A DNA stretch of 64,000 nucleotides, taken from assembly GCA_015523295.1 (NCBI GenBank), contig WAKQ01000010.1, positions 59,021 through 123,020 on the forward strand. Direction: 5' to 3'. Positions 19,045-27,867 of this stretch are shown in pieces. The stretch's first letter is position 1. Each line of letters opens with the position of its first letter. The notes below the pieces were generated by a model. That model was not told where the DNA came from. It ran no database searches and was given only the letters and a program-made list of their open reading frames with translations. Position numbers and translations under genes: made by a program. Origin of the DNA: Desulfurococcales archaeon (lineage in GTDB: Archaea > Thermoproteota > Thermoprotei_A > Sulfolobales > NBVN01).

Positions 19045-20028
19045 CTACTCAACCTCCACTAATTTTAGAAGATTTACTACCGTGCGCATCTCGCCTGGAG
19101 TTCCAATGGATACTCTCACGAATTTATTCAGCCTACCCGTCAAATCCTTGACATCGATTCCATGGCGCCTGAAGTAGTTTGCAAGTGTTCTAGAGTCATA
19201 GTTTTTCTTATTAATTAGGACGAAGTTAGTTAAGGTGTTGATGACCTCTGTGCCATCTATTCTCCTCACCTCTGCAATGAACCAATTTTTAGTCTCCTTT
19301 ATCTTGGAAACTGTCTCCCTCATGTAGTTCAAGTCCTTTAAGGCACCTATCGCTGCGGCCATGGAGAGAAGGGAAACGTCGTAGAGTCTCCTCGTCCTTA
19401 GAAGAGCATTCCTAAGTTTTGCAGCTCCTAAGACATAGCCTACACGGGCCCCAGCTAAGCAGAACGCCTTCGATAGGGTTCTCAGGATCAGTAAGTTATC
19501 ATGTTCTTCAAGAAGGTCAGCACATGTTAGATCGCTGAATTCATAATATGATTCGTCGAGAATCACGGCTCTATACATCCTTAAGAGCTTAGGTAAAACA
19601 TCGCAATCAAGTACTTTCCCCCCTGTGGGGTTGTTAGGGTTAACTATGTAGAGAATACTCTCTCTGCTTCCAGCCTTAGAGATCTCCTCTATGTTCAATC
19701 TGTAATCCTCATCCAATGGCACGTCCTTCAACTGCACCCCTCTCATCTTAAGGTCCTCTATTGCTGGAATGAATGTAGGTGATGAATAAACTAAAGTGAG
19801 TCCTAAACTCCTTAATGCTTCTGACATGTAGATGAATAAGGCCTCAGACCCAGGCAATACTTCAATAAATCCTTCCGGTAAGCTGGTATAGTTGGAGAGC
19901 TCCATCATAAGTTCTTTGGTAAGCTCGGGAACCTCATATCTGTTTACGAACTTTACATATTTTCCAAGATATTCTAGTACTTTAGGGGACGGAGGATAAG
20001 GACACTCATTCCTGCTCAACACTATCAA
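19045..20028 (-). CDS. Class I/II aminotransferase, histidinol-phosphate aminotransferase-like
   Basis: NECPYPPSPKV near the N-terminus, NPNNPTG, and the PLP-lysine motif LSKAFCLAGARVGY. 327 aa. Confidence 0.7.
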   Translation of the reverse strand: MIVLSRNECPYPPSPKVLEYLGKYVKFVNRYEVPELTKELMMELSNYTSLPEGFIEVLPGSEALFIYMSEALRSLGLTLVYSSPTFIPAIEDLKMRGVQLKDVPLDEDYRLNIEEISKAGSRESILYIVNPNNPTGGKVLDCDVLPKLLRMYRAVILDESYYEFSDLTCADLLEEHDNLLILRTLSKAFCLAGARVGYVLGAAKLRNALLRTRRLYDVSLLSMAAAIGALKDLNYMRETVSKIKETKNWFIAEVRRIDGTEVINTLTNFVLINKKNYDSRTLANYFRRHGIDVKDLTGRLNKFVRVSIGTPGEMRTVVNLLKLVEVE

Positions 20029-20188
20029 TTTCTAACTCCTAAGTGTAGATAGGGATTTCAAGGAAATTAACTTAAACTGGGGGAGGGGGTCATGTAACGC
20101 TGATAATCAGTTCTGTTATCTAATGGAGGGCTTAGAAACGGTCAAGATATTCTGTAAGTAGGAAAAAGGTTTTCTTTTTAATACAGAT

Positions 20189-20638
20189 TTATACAGCCAG
20201 TGAAACATTAGCTTCTTTACTTATAGATAATAGTGCATAGAGCCCAGCTATCAGCATTATCCAGCCTAGGATGAAGAGCGCCGTAGCTATCGGGAAAGGC
20301 AACATGAAGTATGGTGCGTAAGCAGTGACCACATATCCCAACCCCATAGAAGTCGATATCCACAGGGACTGAATTGTGGGTACGGCAATCCCTTGAGGGT
20401 TACCGGGGTCTCTTTTATAGACAACCGGTATATACACGATCGAAGCAAGAACTATTATAGTTCCTAGAGTTAGCGAAAGGTAGAACCCCCTGTAGTTACC
20501 TGCCATGGTTCCCATGGCTAAGGTTATAAGTCCCAGCACTAGCATGAAAGATAGCATACCTAAGGATTTCTTCTTGAGTGCATTCCCTTTATCCATTAGC
20601 CCCACCTCAGAATCCTGTTTCCTTCTCAATCCACTCAC
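20189..20638 (-). CDS. Small integral membrane protein (4 predicted TM), likely accessory to the upstream permease
   Basis: Hydrophobic 149-aa ORF. The likely start is the internal ATG at 20596 (MDKGNALKKK), which removes the overlap with the permease gene. Confidence 0.45.
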   Translation of the reverse strand: MSGLRRKQDSEVGLMDKGNALKKKSLGMLSFMLVLGLITLAMGTMAGNYRGFYLSLTLGTIIVLASIVYIPVVYKRDPGNPQGIAVPTIQSLWISTSMGLGYVVTAYAPYFMLPFPIATALFILGWIMLIAGLYALLSISKEANVSLAV

Positions 20639-21983
20639 CCACCTCCCATTTGATACCGGCCTTTGCCATGGGTATTGCTATTAGTAAATAGAGGAAGAAC
20701 GCGGATAGTACTCCATTCACTACTGGTGTTCCGAGGCCGTAAACCCCTGAGAGCCATGCGATAATGCCTCCTAGGAGAGTTGCCGTTAATCCTGGAATGT
20801 TTATTGCTGCGTATTTGGTGCCTGGCCCAAACTTATACCTGGTCTTTATATCTTTGAGCCCTAACACATAAGGCCGGAATATGTAGAAGTCTGCAATGAG
20901 TACTGCACCCACAGGTGGTATGAAGTAACCCAACAACGACGCGAATTGGATGAAGGGATCTAAGCTCATACCCCATAGGCCTGCCCATACGCCAGCTATC
21001 AAGGTTCCTATAGTACCCAAGATGAGCACCCATGCCTTCTTGTTCAGCTTGCCTGTAGTGTTTATCCATGCTAGAGCGGCGCTCCATACGTTGTTGTCGT
21101 TGGTGGTCCATTGCCCTAGAATTGCTAGGAGGAGTGCACCTACACCTAGGCCTATTTGAGCTATTGCTACTATTACGTTAGGCGTTTTAGTCAGTAGAGT
21201 CATTACTCCTCCAGCAAACAGAAGTGCAGTCATGAAGATAGTCACATGCGTCGCCCAAGCTACAGCACCAGACCAAGGCTTCCTACCATACCTTGCAACG
21301 TCCGAAGTTATCACTGAACCCGACGCGTAGACTCCAACCACGTAGGTGATTCCTGCTCCTAGAGGGGCTATTACCTCAGGCCTTACTGTCCATACCTTGC
21401 TAAAGCCACCGGCTAGGTCTATAGAAGCGAAGAACCCTATAACTACTAAAGTGTACCAGAAGGGGACGGTTATATAGCTAAGTATTGCCATCGCCCTAAA
21501 TCCATAGTATGCAGTGATCATCATTAGAAAGCCACCCCATAAGGAGGCGGCAGCTATCGAAGTAAGGACATTATGGGGATAGATTACATTAACGGTTATC
21601 CCAAAGAGCCAGGTCTCGACAGCGAACCATACAATCAGTGGTATGGCGGATACTATCAAGTTGCCAATTATGGAGCCAATTCTTCCCAAGGGGTATCGTA
21701 GGATCATGTATGTGTTTGCCCTTGTTGAACCTCCAATATAAGCGATGAGGCCGCCGAAGATAGCAAGGATGATATTCCCTAACAACGCTACCTCCAGCAT
21801 CGTTGCTGCATCATACATTTGGGCTAGGCCTGAACCAGCGAAGATTGCTGCAACGACCGCGAGAACGCCCATGTAGATCATGAAGATGTTCAAGGTTGAC
21901 TTGGTTTCACTTTCAGGGATGGTTAATGTTGCGTAATCACCGTACACATCTTTTCTTTCAGCGTGCTTCTCGGCCTGTGACAT
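20607..21983 (-). CDS. NCS1-family (purine-cytosine / hydantoin / allantoin type) permease
   Basis: 458 aa with about 12 TM. The topology and glycine- and tryptophan-rich helices are typical of CodB/Mhp1-type transporters. Confidence 0.7.
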   Translation of the reverse strand: MSQAEKHAERKDVYGDYATLTIPESETKSTLNIFMIYMGVLAVVAAIFAGSGLAQMYDAATMLEVALLGNIILAIFGGLIAYIGGSTRANTYMILRYPLGRIGSIIGNLIVSAIPLIVWFAVETWLFGITVNVIYPHNVLTSIAAASLWGGFLMMITAYYGFRAMAILSYITVPFWYTLVVIGFFASIDLAGGFSKVWTVRPEVIAPLGAGITYVVGVYASGSVITSDVARYGRKPWSGAVAWATHVTIFMTALLFAGGVMTLLTKTPNVIVAIAQIGLGVGALLLAILGQWTTNDNNVWSAALAWINTTGKLNKKAWVLILGTIGTLIAGVWAGLWGMSLDPFIQFASLLGYFIPPVGAVLIADFYIFRPYVLGLKDIKTRYKFGPGTKYAAINIPGLTATLLGGIIAWLSGVYGLGTPVVNGVLSAFFLYLLIAIPMAKAGIKWEVGEWIEKETGF

Positions 21984-22202
21984 TCAGGTCACACCTTAAG
22001 GGGTATTAAATGTATATATTTTTTAAGTGTTATTAAACAAAATTATTGTAAAAACATGATTAGCATCCCAGAATGAATATTTGTATAGTTAGATTAATGT
22101 TTAGCAACAATTGAATAAATCCTTCAATCTTGTGGATTTTTTCCTATTAGAGAATAAGATTTTTTAGCCCGTAGCTCTCCCCACTAACGTAACTGGGTCG
22201 AG

Positions 22203-23297
22203 GTGGTAGTCACGAAGTTAACTCGTCAGGATATTGAAGACCTTGCTTTAGGCGCAACTGTTTTAGGTACTGGAGGGGGAGGCGATCCCTACATTGGTAA
22301 GTTGATGGCTATTCAAGCCCTCGAGAGAGGAGGCGAGATTGAGTTGATGGATCCTGATGTGGTTGATGATGACGCGTTTGTGGTGGCTGTGGCAGGGATG
22401 GGAGCCCCCGTAGTGATGATTGAGAAGACTCCTAGCGGCAAGGAAGCTGCTGCCTCACTAATTAGTTTAGAGAAGTACTTCGGTAGGAAGGCGGATTACA
22501 TCATAAGTATTGAGGCGGGGGGACTTAACTCGACAATACCCTTAGCAACGGCTGCTGAGCTGAAGAGGCCAGTTCTTGACGGGGATGGCATGGGGAGAGC
22601 ATTCCCTGAGCTGCAGATGGTAACCTTCCATCTTTATGGGGTGAAGGCGACACCGATGTCTATGGCTGACGAGAAAGGAAACTCAGTTATCCTCGATACC
22701 GTAGATAACTTCTGGGCTGAGAAGATCGCTAGGGCTATCACCGTGAAGTTTGGCGGTGTCGCCTGGATATCCATATATCCGATGAGTGGGAGAAAATACA
22801 AAGAGGCGGCAGTTAAATATTCCCTAACTAAAGAAATAGAGATTGGAAGAGCATTAAATGATGCCAAGAAGCAGGGAAAGAACCCGCTAGATGTTCTTCT
22901 TGACGTAACTCGAGGTTACCACCTTTTCACAGGAAAGATTGTTGACGTTGTGAGGAGAGCGACAGGTGGGTTTGCTAGAGGAGAGGCTGTCATAGAGGGT
23001 TTGGAGGATTTCAAAGGCTCTAAACTTGTGATCAGATTCCAGAATGAGAATCTCATAGCTATTAGGGATGGTGAAGTCCTGGCTTCAGTCCCTGATCTAA
23101 TAACCGTTGTAGACAAGGATAGTGCAAGGCCTATCACTACTGAGAGGCTTAAGTACGGATTGAGGGTCGCTGTATTAGGAATACCCTGCGATCCTAAATG
23201 GAGGAGTGAGAAGGCGTTAGAGGTTGTTGGCCCTAAGTACTTCGGATATGATATTGAGTACGTACCCATTGAGGAAGCTGTGAAAAAGTGGGGGTGA
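22203..23297 (+). CDS. DUF917-family protein
   Basis: N-terminal LGTGGGGDPYIGK motif and DGDGMGRAFPELQM. 364 aa. Translationally coupled to the next gene by a 10-nt overlap. Confidence 0.65.
   Translation: MVVTKLTRQDIEDLALGATVLGTGGGGDPYIGKLMAIQALERGGEIELMDPDVVDDDAFVVAVAGMGAPVVMIEKTPSGKEAAASLISLEKYFGRKADYIISIEAGGLNSTIPLATAAELKRPVLDGDGMGRAFPELQMVTFHLYGVKATPMSMADEKGNSVILDTVDNFWAEKIARAITVKFGGVAWISIYPMSGRKYKEAAVKYSLTKEIEIGRALNDAKKQGKNPLDVLLDVTRGYHLFTGKIVDVVRRATGGFARGEAVIEGLEDFKGSKLVIRFQNENLIAIRDGEVLASVPDLITVVDKDSARPITTERLKYGLRVAVLGIPCDPKWRSEKALEVVGPKYFGYDIEYVPIEEAVKKWG
22872..22925. repeat. 54-bp segment inside the DUF917 gene, duplicated exactly in inverted orientation at 26352..26405
   Basis: cagggaaagaacccgctagatgttcttcttgacgtaactcgaggttaccacctt is the exact reverse complement of 26352..26405. 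Confidence 0.9.
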
Positions 23298-24874
23298 AAC
23301 CGATGGCTAAGGTAAGAATCGGGATAGACGTAGGAAGCACTCACACAGACTCTGTAGCCATTAATGAGAGAAACGAGGTTATCCACGCAGTTAAAGCTAG
23401 GACAACCTCAGACGTGACCTCAGGCATTATAAAGAGCTTGCGCAAGCTCATCATAGGGGGTAACCTAAAAACTGATGATGTAGTCGCCGTAATGTTCGGA
23501 ACAACTCATATCCTTAACGCAATAGTGCAGAGGAAAGGCTTGAGCAAGGTTGGGGTGTTGAGGATCGGTGCCCCTGCAACAACAGCTATTGAACCTATGC
23601 TTGACTGGCCTGAAGACCTTAGAGTTGCAGTTGAAGGAGCAAAATACATTGTCAGAGGAGGCCATGAGTATACTGGTGATGAGATAGCACCATTAGATGA
23701 GGAAGAGGTTAGGAAGGCAGCTATGAATTTCGCTGAAAGAGGTGTAGACTCAGTTGCGATAACCGGTGTATTTTCTATAGTAAACCCCGAGCATGAGTTG
23801 AGAGCATCCGAAATTATAAGAGAGCTTCTCCCTAGCATCCCTATAGTGATGTCGCATGAGATAGGGAGTATGGGTCTCCTTGAAAGAGAGAATGCAACAA
23901 TCCTTAATGCTGCATCCATTGGCGCTATGAGGAAAGCTATAAGAAGCCTGAGAGAAAGCCTTAATGATCTCGGGCTTCAGGACACGCCAATGTTCTTTGC
24001 TCAAAACGACGGTACTACGGCTAGAGCCGACTTCATAGAAAAGTACCCTATATTCACGGTAGTTGCCCCAATTTCAAACAGCCTTAGAGGCGCATATGTT
24101 CTAACAGGGATTAAAGACGCGATAGTTGTAGATACAGGGGGCACTACAAGCAATATAGGTGTCCTGACTAAGGGCTATCCTAGAGAGGCCCTCGAGATAG
24201 AGATAGGCGGCGTTAGAACTAACATTCGTTCCCCTGACATAGTTGCTATAGGTCTTGCAGGGGGCTCCATTGTGAAGGTATCTGATGGTAAGGTAAGGGT
24301 AGGTCCCGTAAGCGTTGGATATAAGCTTATAGAGGAAGGTATTTCATGGGGAGGGAGCACAATAACGGCCACAGACATAGCGATAGCTAAAGGGGTTATG
24401 AAGATCGATGATCCTGGATGCGATCCTGAGAGAGCTAAGAAGCTTATACCTCCTGAAATTGTGGAGAAGGCCTATGAGTACATGGTGAGCAAGCTAGAGG
24501 AATCCATAGATAAGGTTAAGACCTCTCCCGAACCGGAAACAGTTATCCTTGTAGGTGGCGGTTCACTCATGTGGCCTAAGAGGCTAAGAGGGGCAAAGGA
24601 AGTCATCAGACCTAAATACGCACAGTCAGCCAACGCGCTAGGGGCTGCGACAGCATTGGTAGGAGGGCTTGTTGAGAAGGCATTCTCATATGATCACATA
24701 AAGAGAGAGGATGCCATCAAGATAGCTTCAGAGGAAGCTACGAGGAAGGCTATCATGGCTGGTGCCGACCCGACTACGGTAGAGATCATGGAGGTAGAGG
24801 AGATCGCTCTCCCATATCTTCCAGGAAATGCCGTGAAGATAAGGGTTAAGGCAGTAGGCAAGCTCAAACTTTAA
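23288..24874 (+). CDS. Hydantoinase/oxoprolinase-family (HyuA-like, ASKHA ATPase fold) protein
   Basis: N-terminal RIGIDVGSTHTDS, VDTGGTTSNIG and LVGGGS motifs. 528 aa. Confidence 0.7.
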   Translation: MGVKPMAKVRIGIDVGSTHTDSVAINERNEVIHAVKARTTSDVTSGIIKSLRKLIIGGNLKTDDVVAVMFGTTHILNAIVQRKGLSKVGVLRIGAPATTAIEPMLDWPEDLRVAVEGAKYIVRGGHEYTGDEIAPLDEEEVRKAAMNFAERGVDSVAITGVFSIVNPEHELRASEIIRELLPSIPIVMSHEIGSMGLLERENATILNAASIGAMRKAIRSLRESLNDLGLQDTPMFFAQNDGTTARADFIEKYPIFTVVAPISNSLRGAYVLTGIKDAIVVDTGGTTSNIGVLTKGYPREALEIEIGGVRTNIRSPDIVAIGLAGGSIVKVSDGKVRVGPVSVGYKLIEEGISWGGSTITATDIAIAKGVMKIDDPGCDPERAKKLIPPEIVEKAYEYMVSKLEESIDKVKTSPEPETVILVGGGSLMWPKRLRGAKEVIRPKYAQSANALGAATALVGGLVEKAFSYDHIKREDAIKIASEEATRKAIMAGADPTTVEIMEVEEIALPYLPGNAVKIRVKAVGKLKL

Positions 24875-25028
24875 AACTGGTTCATTAACTCATTTGACCT
24901 TCACCTTCATTATCTTTCGAGACTAGGAATACAATTTATCTTTATGTTAACTTTAACTTTCCTTACTCGTAATTATATTATCGGGGTCATTCATAAAAGT
25001 AAAGATTCTCGGAAGCGAGAGCCTAGGT

Positions 25029-26000
25029 GTGAGGGGGCTTTCATGTTTAATCGAAACTAGGGATGCTAGGATTCTCATAGACCCTGGTATTGCCTTAGGC
25101 TTCACAAGATGGGGTCTTCATCCACATCCTGTCCAAGCAGTGGCGGGTGATATCATTCGGAAAGAGATCATTGACGATTGGAGGAGTGCGGACTATGTAG
25201 TTTTGAGCCATATGCATGGAGATCACGTTCCTCTCTTTAATGCTAATCCTTTTCAGCTGGATCTCAGCAGATTAACCTGTAGGGAGGGTTTGAAGATCAT
25301 TGCCCCGCCAGGTGGTGGCCCCTCTCGTGTTCAAAGAGAAAGACTAAGTAAGATAAAGTCATTGGAATGTGTTAAAGTAAGTGAGGTAAGGGGGACTGAA
25401 TTCTCAGAAGGTCCAATAACTGTCTACAGACCATATGCTCATGGATTGTCCAATAGTTCAACTGTAATGATCACTCTCATAGACTCAGATGAGAGGATAG
25501 TGCATGCTTCAGATACTCAGCTATTAAATTCAGAGGCTGCCCACCTCATAAATAGGCTCAAGCCTGATTTAGTAATAACTGATGGACCTCCAATATATAG
25601 GTACTTGAGCAGGCCTGAAATCATGGATACATTGCTGAGAACTGCTGAGAGAAATCTCAAAATAATCACCTCTCAAGCCTCTAAAGTGATCATAGATCAC
25701 CACCTTCTCAGGCATGACGAAGGCTATCAATGGCTTGCAAAGATGAAAAAGGCCTTAAAGGACACACTGATACAATCAGCTGCAGAATACATGGGTAGAA
25801 AGCCACTCCTGCTTGAGGCGTGGAGAAGAACGCTCTACTACCACTATCCCGTAAACAATAATTGGTTTATCAGCATGTATAGGCCAGAAGTAGAGAAACA
25901 TTTCCCGATATACGTTGAGATCGTGAAGGCTTCTCCCAAACTTAACGAGATCTCTGAAAAAAGTTTTGATAAGCTTTTATATACACTCGAAAAACAATAA
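25029..26000 (+). CDS. Metallo-beta-lactamase-fold hydrolase
   Basis: LIDPG and HMHGDH (HxHxDH) motifs. The reading frame stays open upstream and encodes a typical first beta-strand (IKVKILGSESLG), so the N-terminus is probably mis-set. Confidence 0.65.
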   Translation: MRGLSCLIETRDARILIDPGIALGFTRWGLHPHPVQAVAGDIIRKEIIDDWRSADYVVLSHMHGDHVPLFNANPFQLDLSRLTCREGLKIIAPPGGGPSRVQRERLSKIKSLECVKVSEVRGTEFSEGPITVYRPYAHGLSNSSTVMITLIDSDERIVHASDTQLLNSEAAHLINRLKPDLVITDGPPIYRYLSRPEIMDTLLRTAERNLKIITSQASKVIIDHHLLRHDEGYQWLAKMKKALKDTLIQSAAEYMGRKPLLLEAWRRTLYYHYPVNNNWFISMYRPEVEKHFPIYVEIVKASPKLNEISEKSFDKLLYTLEKQ

Positions 26001-26048
26001 AAAATAGATGGAAATTCTTAAAGAATATAATTATTTACAGATGTATTT

Positions 26049-26127
26049 TGGTGGGCCCGCGGGGATTTGAACCCCGGACCTCCGCCGTGTAAGGGCGGCA
26101 TCCTAGACCAGGCTAGACGACGGGCCC
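26049..26127 (-). tRNA. tRNA-Val (UAC), intron-less, encoded CCA
   Basis: The minus strand reads GGGCCCG-UC-GUCU-AGCCUGGUCUA-GGAU-G-CCGCC-CUUACAC-GGCGG-AGGUC-CGGGG-UUCAAAU-CCCCG-CGGGCCC-A-CCA. Confidence 0.9.
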
Positions 26128-26351
26128 TGAACTCAATCAGAATTCTATTTAGATTAGCATTAAATAATTTAATGGATTCTTTATGACGAGAGGAACCCTC
26201 TATAGGAATTACAGCTCTCATTAACATAGTTAGCTAGGTCAGTAGCTAATATGAGAATCATTCTGGCTACCTCATCTGGGATCACGCATTCTCCCTTGGA
26301 GCAGTTTATTCTTGAAAATGACGCCTGGTTTGATAATGTCTAGTTTTAACT

Positions 26352-26405
26352 AAGGTGGTAACCTCGAGTTACGTCAAGAAGAACATCTAGCGGGTTCTTT
26401 CCCTG
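26352..26405. repeat. Orphan inverted copy of a 54-bp internal DUF917 gene fragment, in non-coding DNA
   Basis: Exact reverse complement of 22872..22925. The corresponding reading frame is closed by stops on both sides. Confidence 0.9.
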
Positions 26406-26535
26406 ATTTTAGGGATTACTTCTTCCTCAGTTTTTCTACACAAGTGAGAGACTGATTTACTGATGGATATCAAAAAACTCTCACCAAATCAACTAAGGTA
26501 ATATATGGTTGATGTGCAGAGCGAATATTTCGGAT

Positions 26536-27102
26536 TTAGTAATGCGTCCTTGGCTTTAGTAACTCTTTAATAAGGCTTTTCAAAAAACTATAGTATTTAT
26601 TTAGAGGTTCCCTTTCAATAAGAGACCAAACAAAAGCTTCAGTATTTTCAACTATCTCCTTAACATCGTTATAGCCCGTTTTTAAGTATCTAGCGCCTTG
26701 CAAATTAGTTGATAAATTATCTGCGAGCTTAACAATACAAGCCTCAAGGGATTTACAATCATTTAGCTCCTTGATTAACGTTGCATAGTCCTCCAGGCCT
26801 AATTCTCTTAGTGCTTCAAGGTCTAATTTGCTTGAAAGGGAAGAAGTGATATGATCTTTTGACCACTTCACTATGTCTCCGCTTATAGACTCAGGTAGGT
26901 CATGTATTATTGCTATCTTTAAGGCTTTTCCTTGATCAATGTCTATTCCGTGCTTCGCTAATGCTTCAGTAATGAGTAAAGTTAAGAAAGCTACCTCGAA
27001 AGTGTGTTCGGCTACACTCTCCGCCACTTCGTGGGGAACACCTCTTAACATCCAACCTGTTCTAGCAAGAGCTTTTAAATTCATGATTTTCTCGTAGTCC
27101 AT
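26536..27102 (-). CDS. HD-domain phosphohydrolase (YfbR-like 5'-nucleotidase type)
   Basis: RTGW...ESVAEHTFEVA and IHDLPESISGD motifs. 188 aa. Confidence 0.7.
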   Translation of the reverse strand: MDYEKIMNLKALARTGWMLRGVPHEVAESVAEHTFEVAFLTLLITEALAKHGIDIDQGKALKIAIIHDLPESISGDIVKWSKDHITSSLSSKLDLEALRELGLEDYATLIKELNDCKSLEACIVKLADNLSTNLQGARYLKTGYNDVKEIVENTEAFVWSLIEREPLNKYYSFLKSLIKELLKPRTHY

Positions 27103-27138
27103 GTCGTTGCATCCGTTAAGGATTGCAAGGTAGTGATT

Positions 27139-27867
27139 TTAAGCTATAGGCAGTATGTCAACGTAAGGCCCTTCCTTAAGAAGCTTAACCTTAATCCCAT
27201 AGAGCTTCGCAATAATCTTCTCCTTAAGAAACTCCTTTGCAGGCCCTGTAAAAAAGAGCTCACCACCTCTAAGCGCTATCACGTAGTCAGCGAAATTCAT
27301 TATGGGGTTTAGCTGATTAGAAGCAATTAATACGATCTTACCTTCTCTCCATGCTAACTCCCTTAACTCCTTAAGCACTCTTACTTGGTACCGGATGTCG
27401 GTATGGGCTAGGGGTTCATCGACTTCATAAATTGCTGAATTCCTTGAAAGCCCTCTAGCTATGAGGGCCCTTTCAAGTTCTCCACTACTTACTTCCCATA
27501 TCCTTCTCTCAAGCAGGTGATTTAAGTCGAGGAAGTTGACATAGTAATTAAGCCTACTCCTATCCATGGATGTGTCCACAAGGAGAAGATCACCTATGGT
27601 GATGTCAGGCAGTGCGGGAACATAAGGAGGTATGTAGGTTATTAATTTCATCCTTTCGCTGGGGTGGAGTGAGGAGATCTCGTGGTTGTTGAAGACCACG
27701 CTACCCTTATAGGGGACAATACATGCTAATGCCTTTAGGAGGGTTGACTTTCCTGCACCATTAGGTCCTATGAGGACAGTAACACCTTCACCTAATTCTA
27801 GGTCAATATTTCTTAATGCTTTTACAGCCCCATAATCAACTGAGAGCCTCTTAACCTCTAGTTTCAT
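27139..27867 (-). CDS. ABC transporter ATP-binding protein (FepC/BtuD iron-siderophore/B12 type)
   Basis: Walker A GPNGAGKSTLL, signature SSGELERA, Walker B IYEVDEP. Confidence 0.85.
   Translation of the reverse strand: MKLEVKRLSVDYGAVKALRNIDLELGEGVTVLIGPNGAGKSTLLKALACIVPYKGSVVFNNHEISSLHPSERMKLITYIPPYVPALPDITIGDLLLVDTSMDRSRLNYYVNFLDLNHLLERRIWEVSSGELERALIARGLSRNSAIYEVDEPLAHTDIRYQVRVLKELRELAWREGKIVLIASNQLNPIMNFADYVIALRGGELFFTGPAKEFLKEKIIAKLYGIKVKLLKEGPYVDILPIA

Noticed and set aside
19042-19047. Convergent genes whose stop codons abut with zero intergenic nucleotides (TGA at 19042..19044, TAG complement at 19045..19047)
   Set aside because: This is a real feature of the sequence but is unremarkable in compact archaeal genomes. 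It implies overlapping 3' UTRs, but nothing else points to a functional element.
26018-26227. 69-aa minus-strand ORF in the six-frame track
   Set aside because: It runs straight through the tRNA-Val gene (26049..26127) and its GC-rich stems. The amino-acid composition (PPLHGGGPGFKSPRAH) is what a translated tRNA looks like. It is not a gene.
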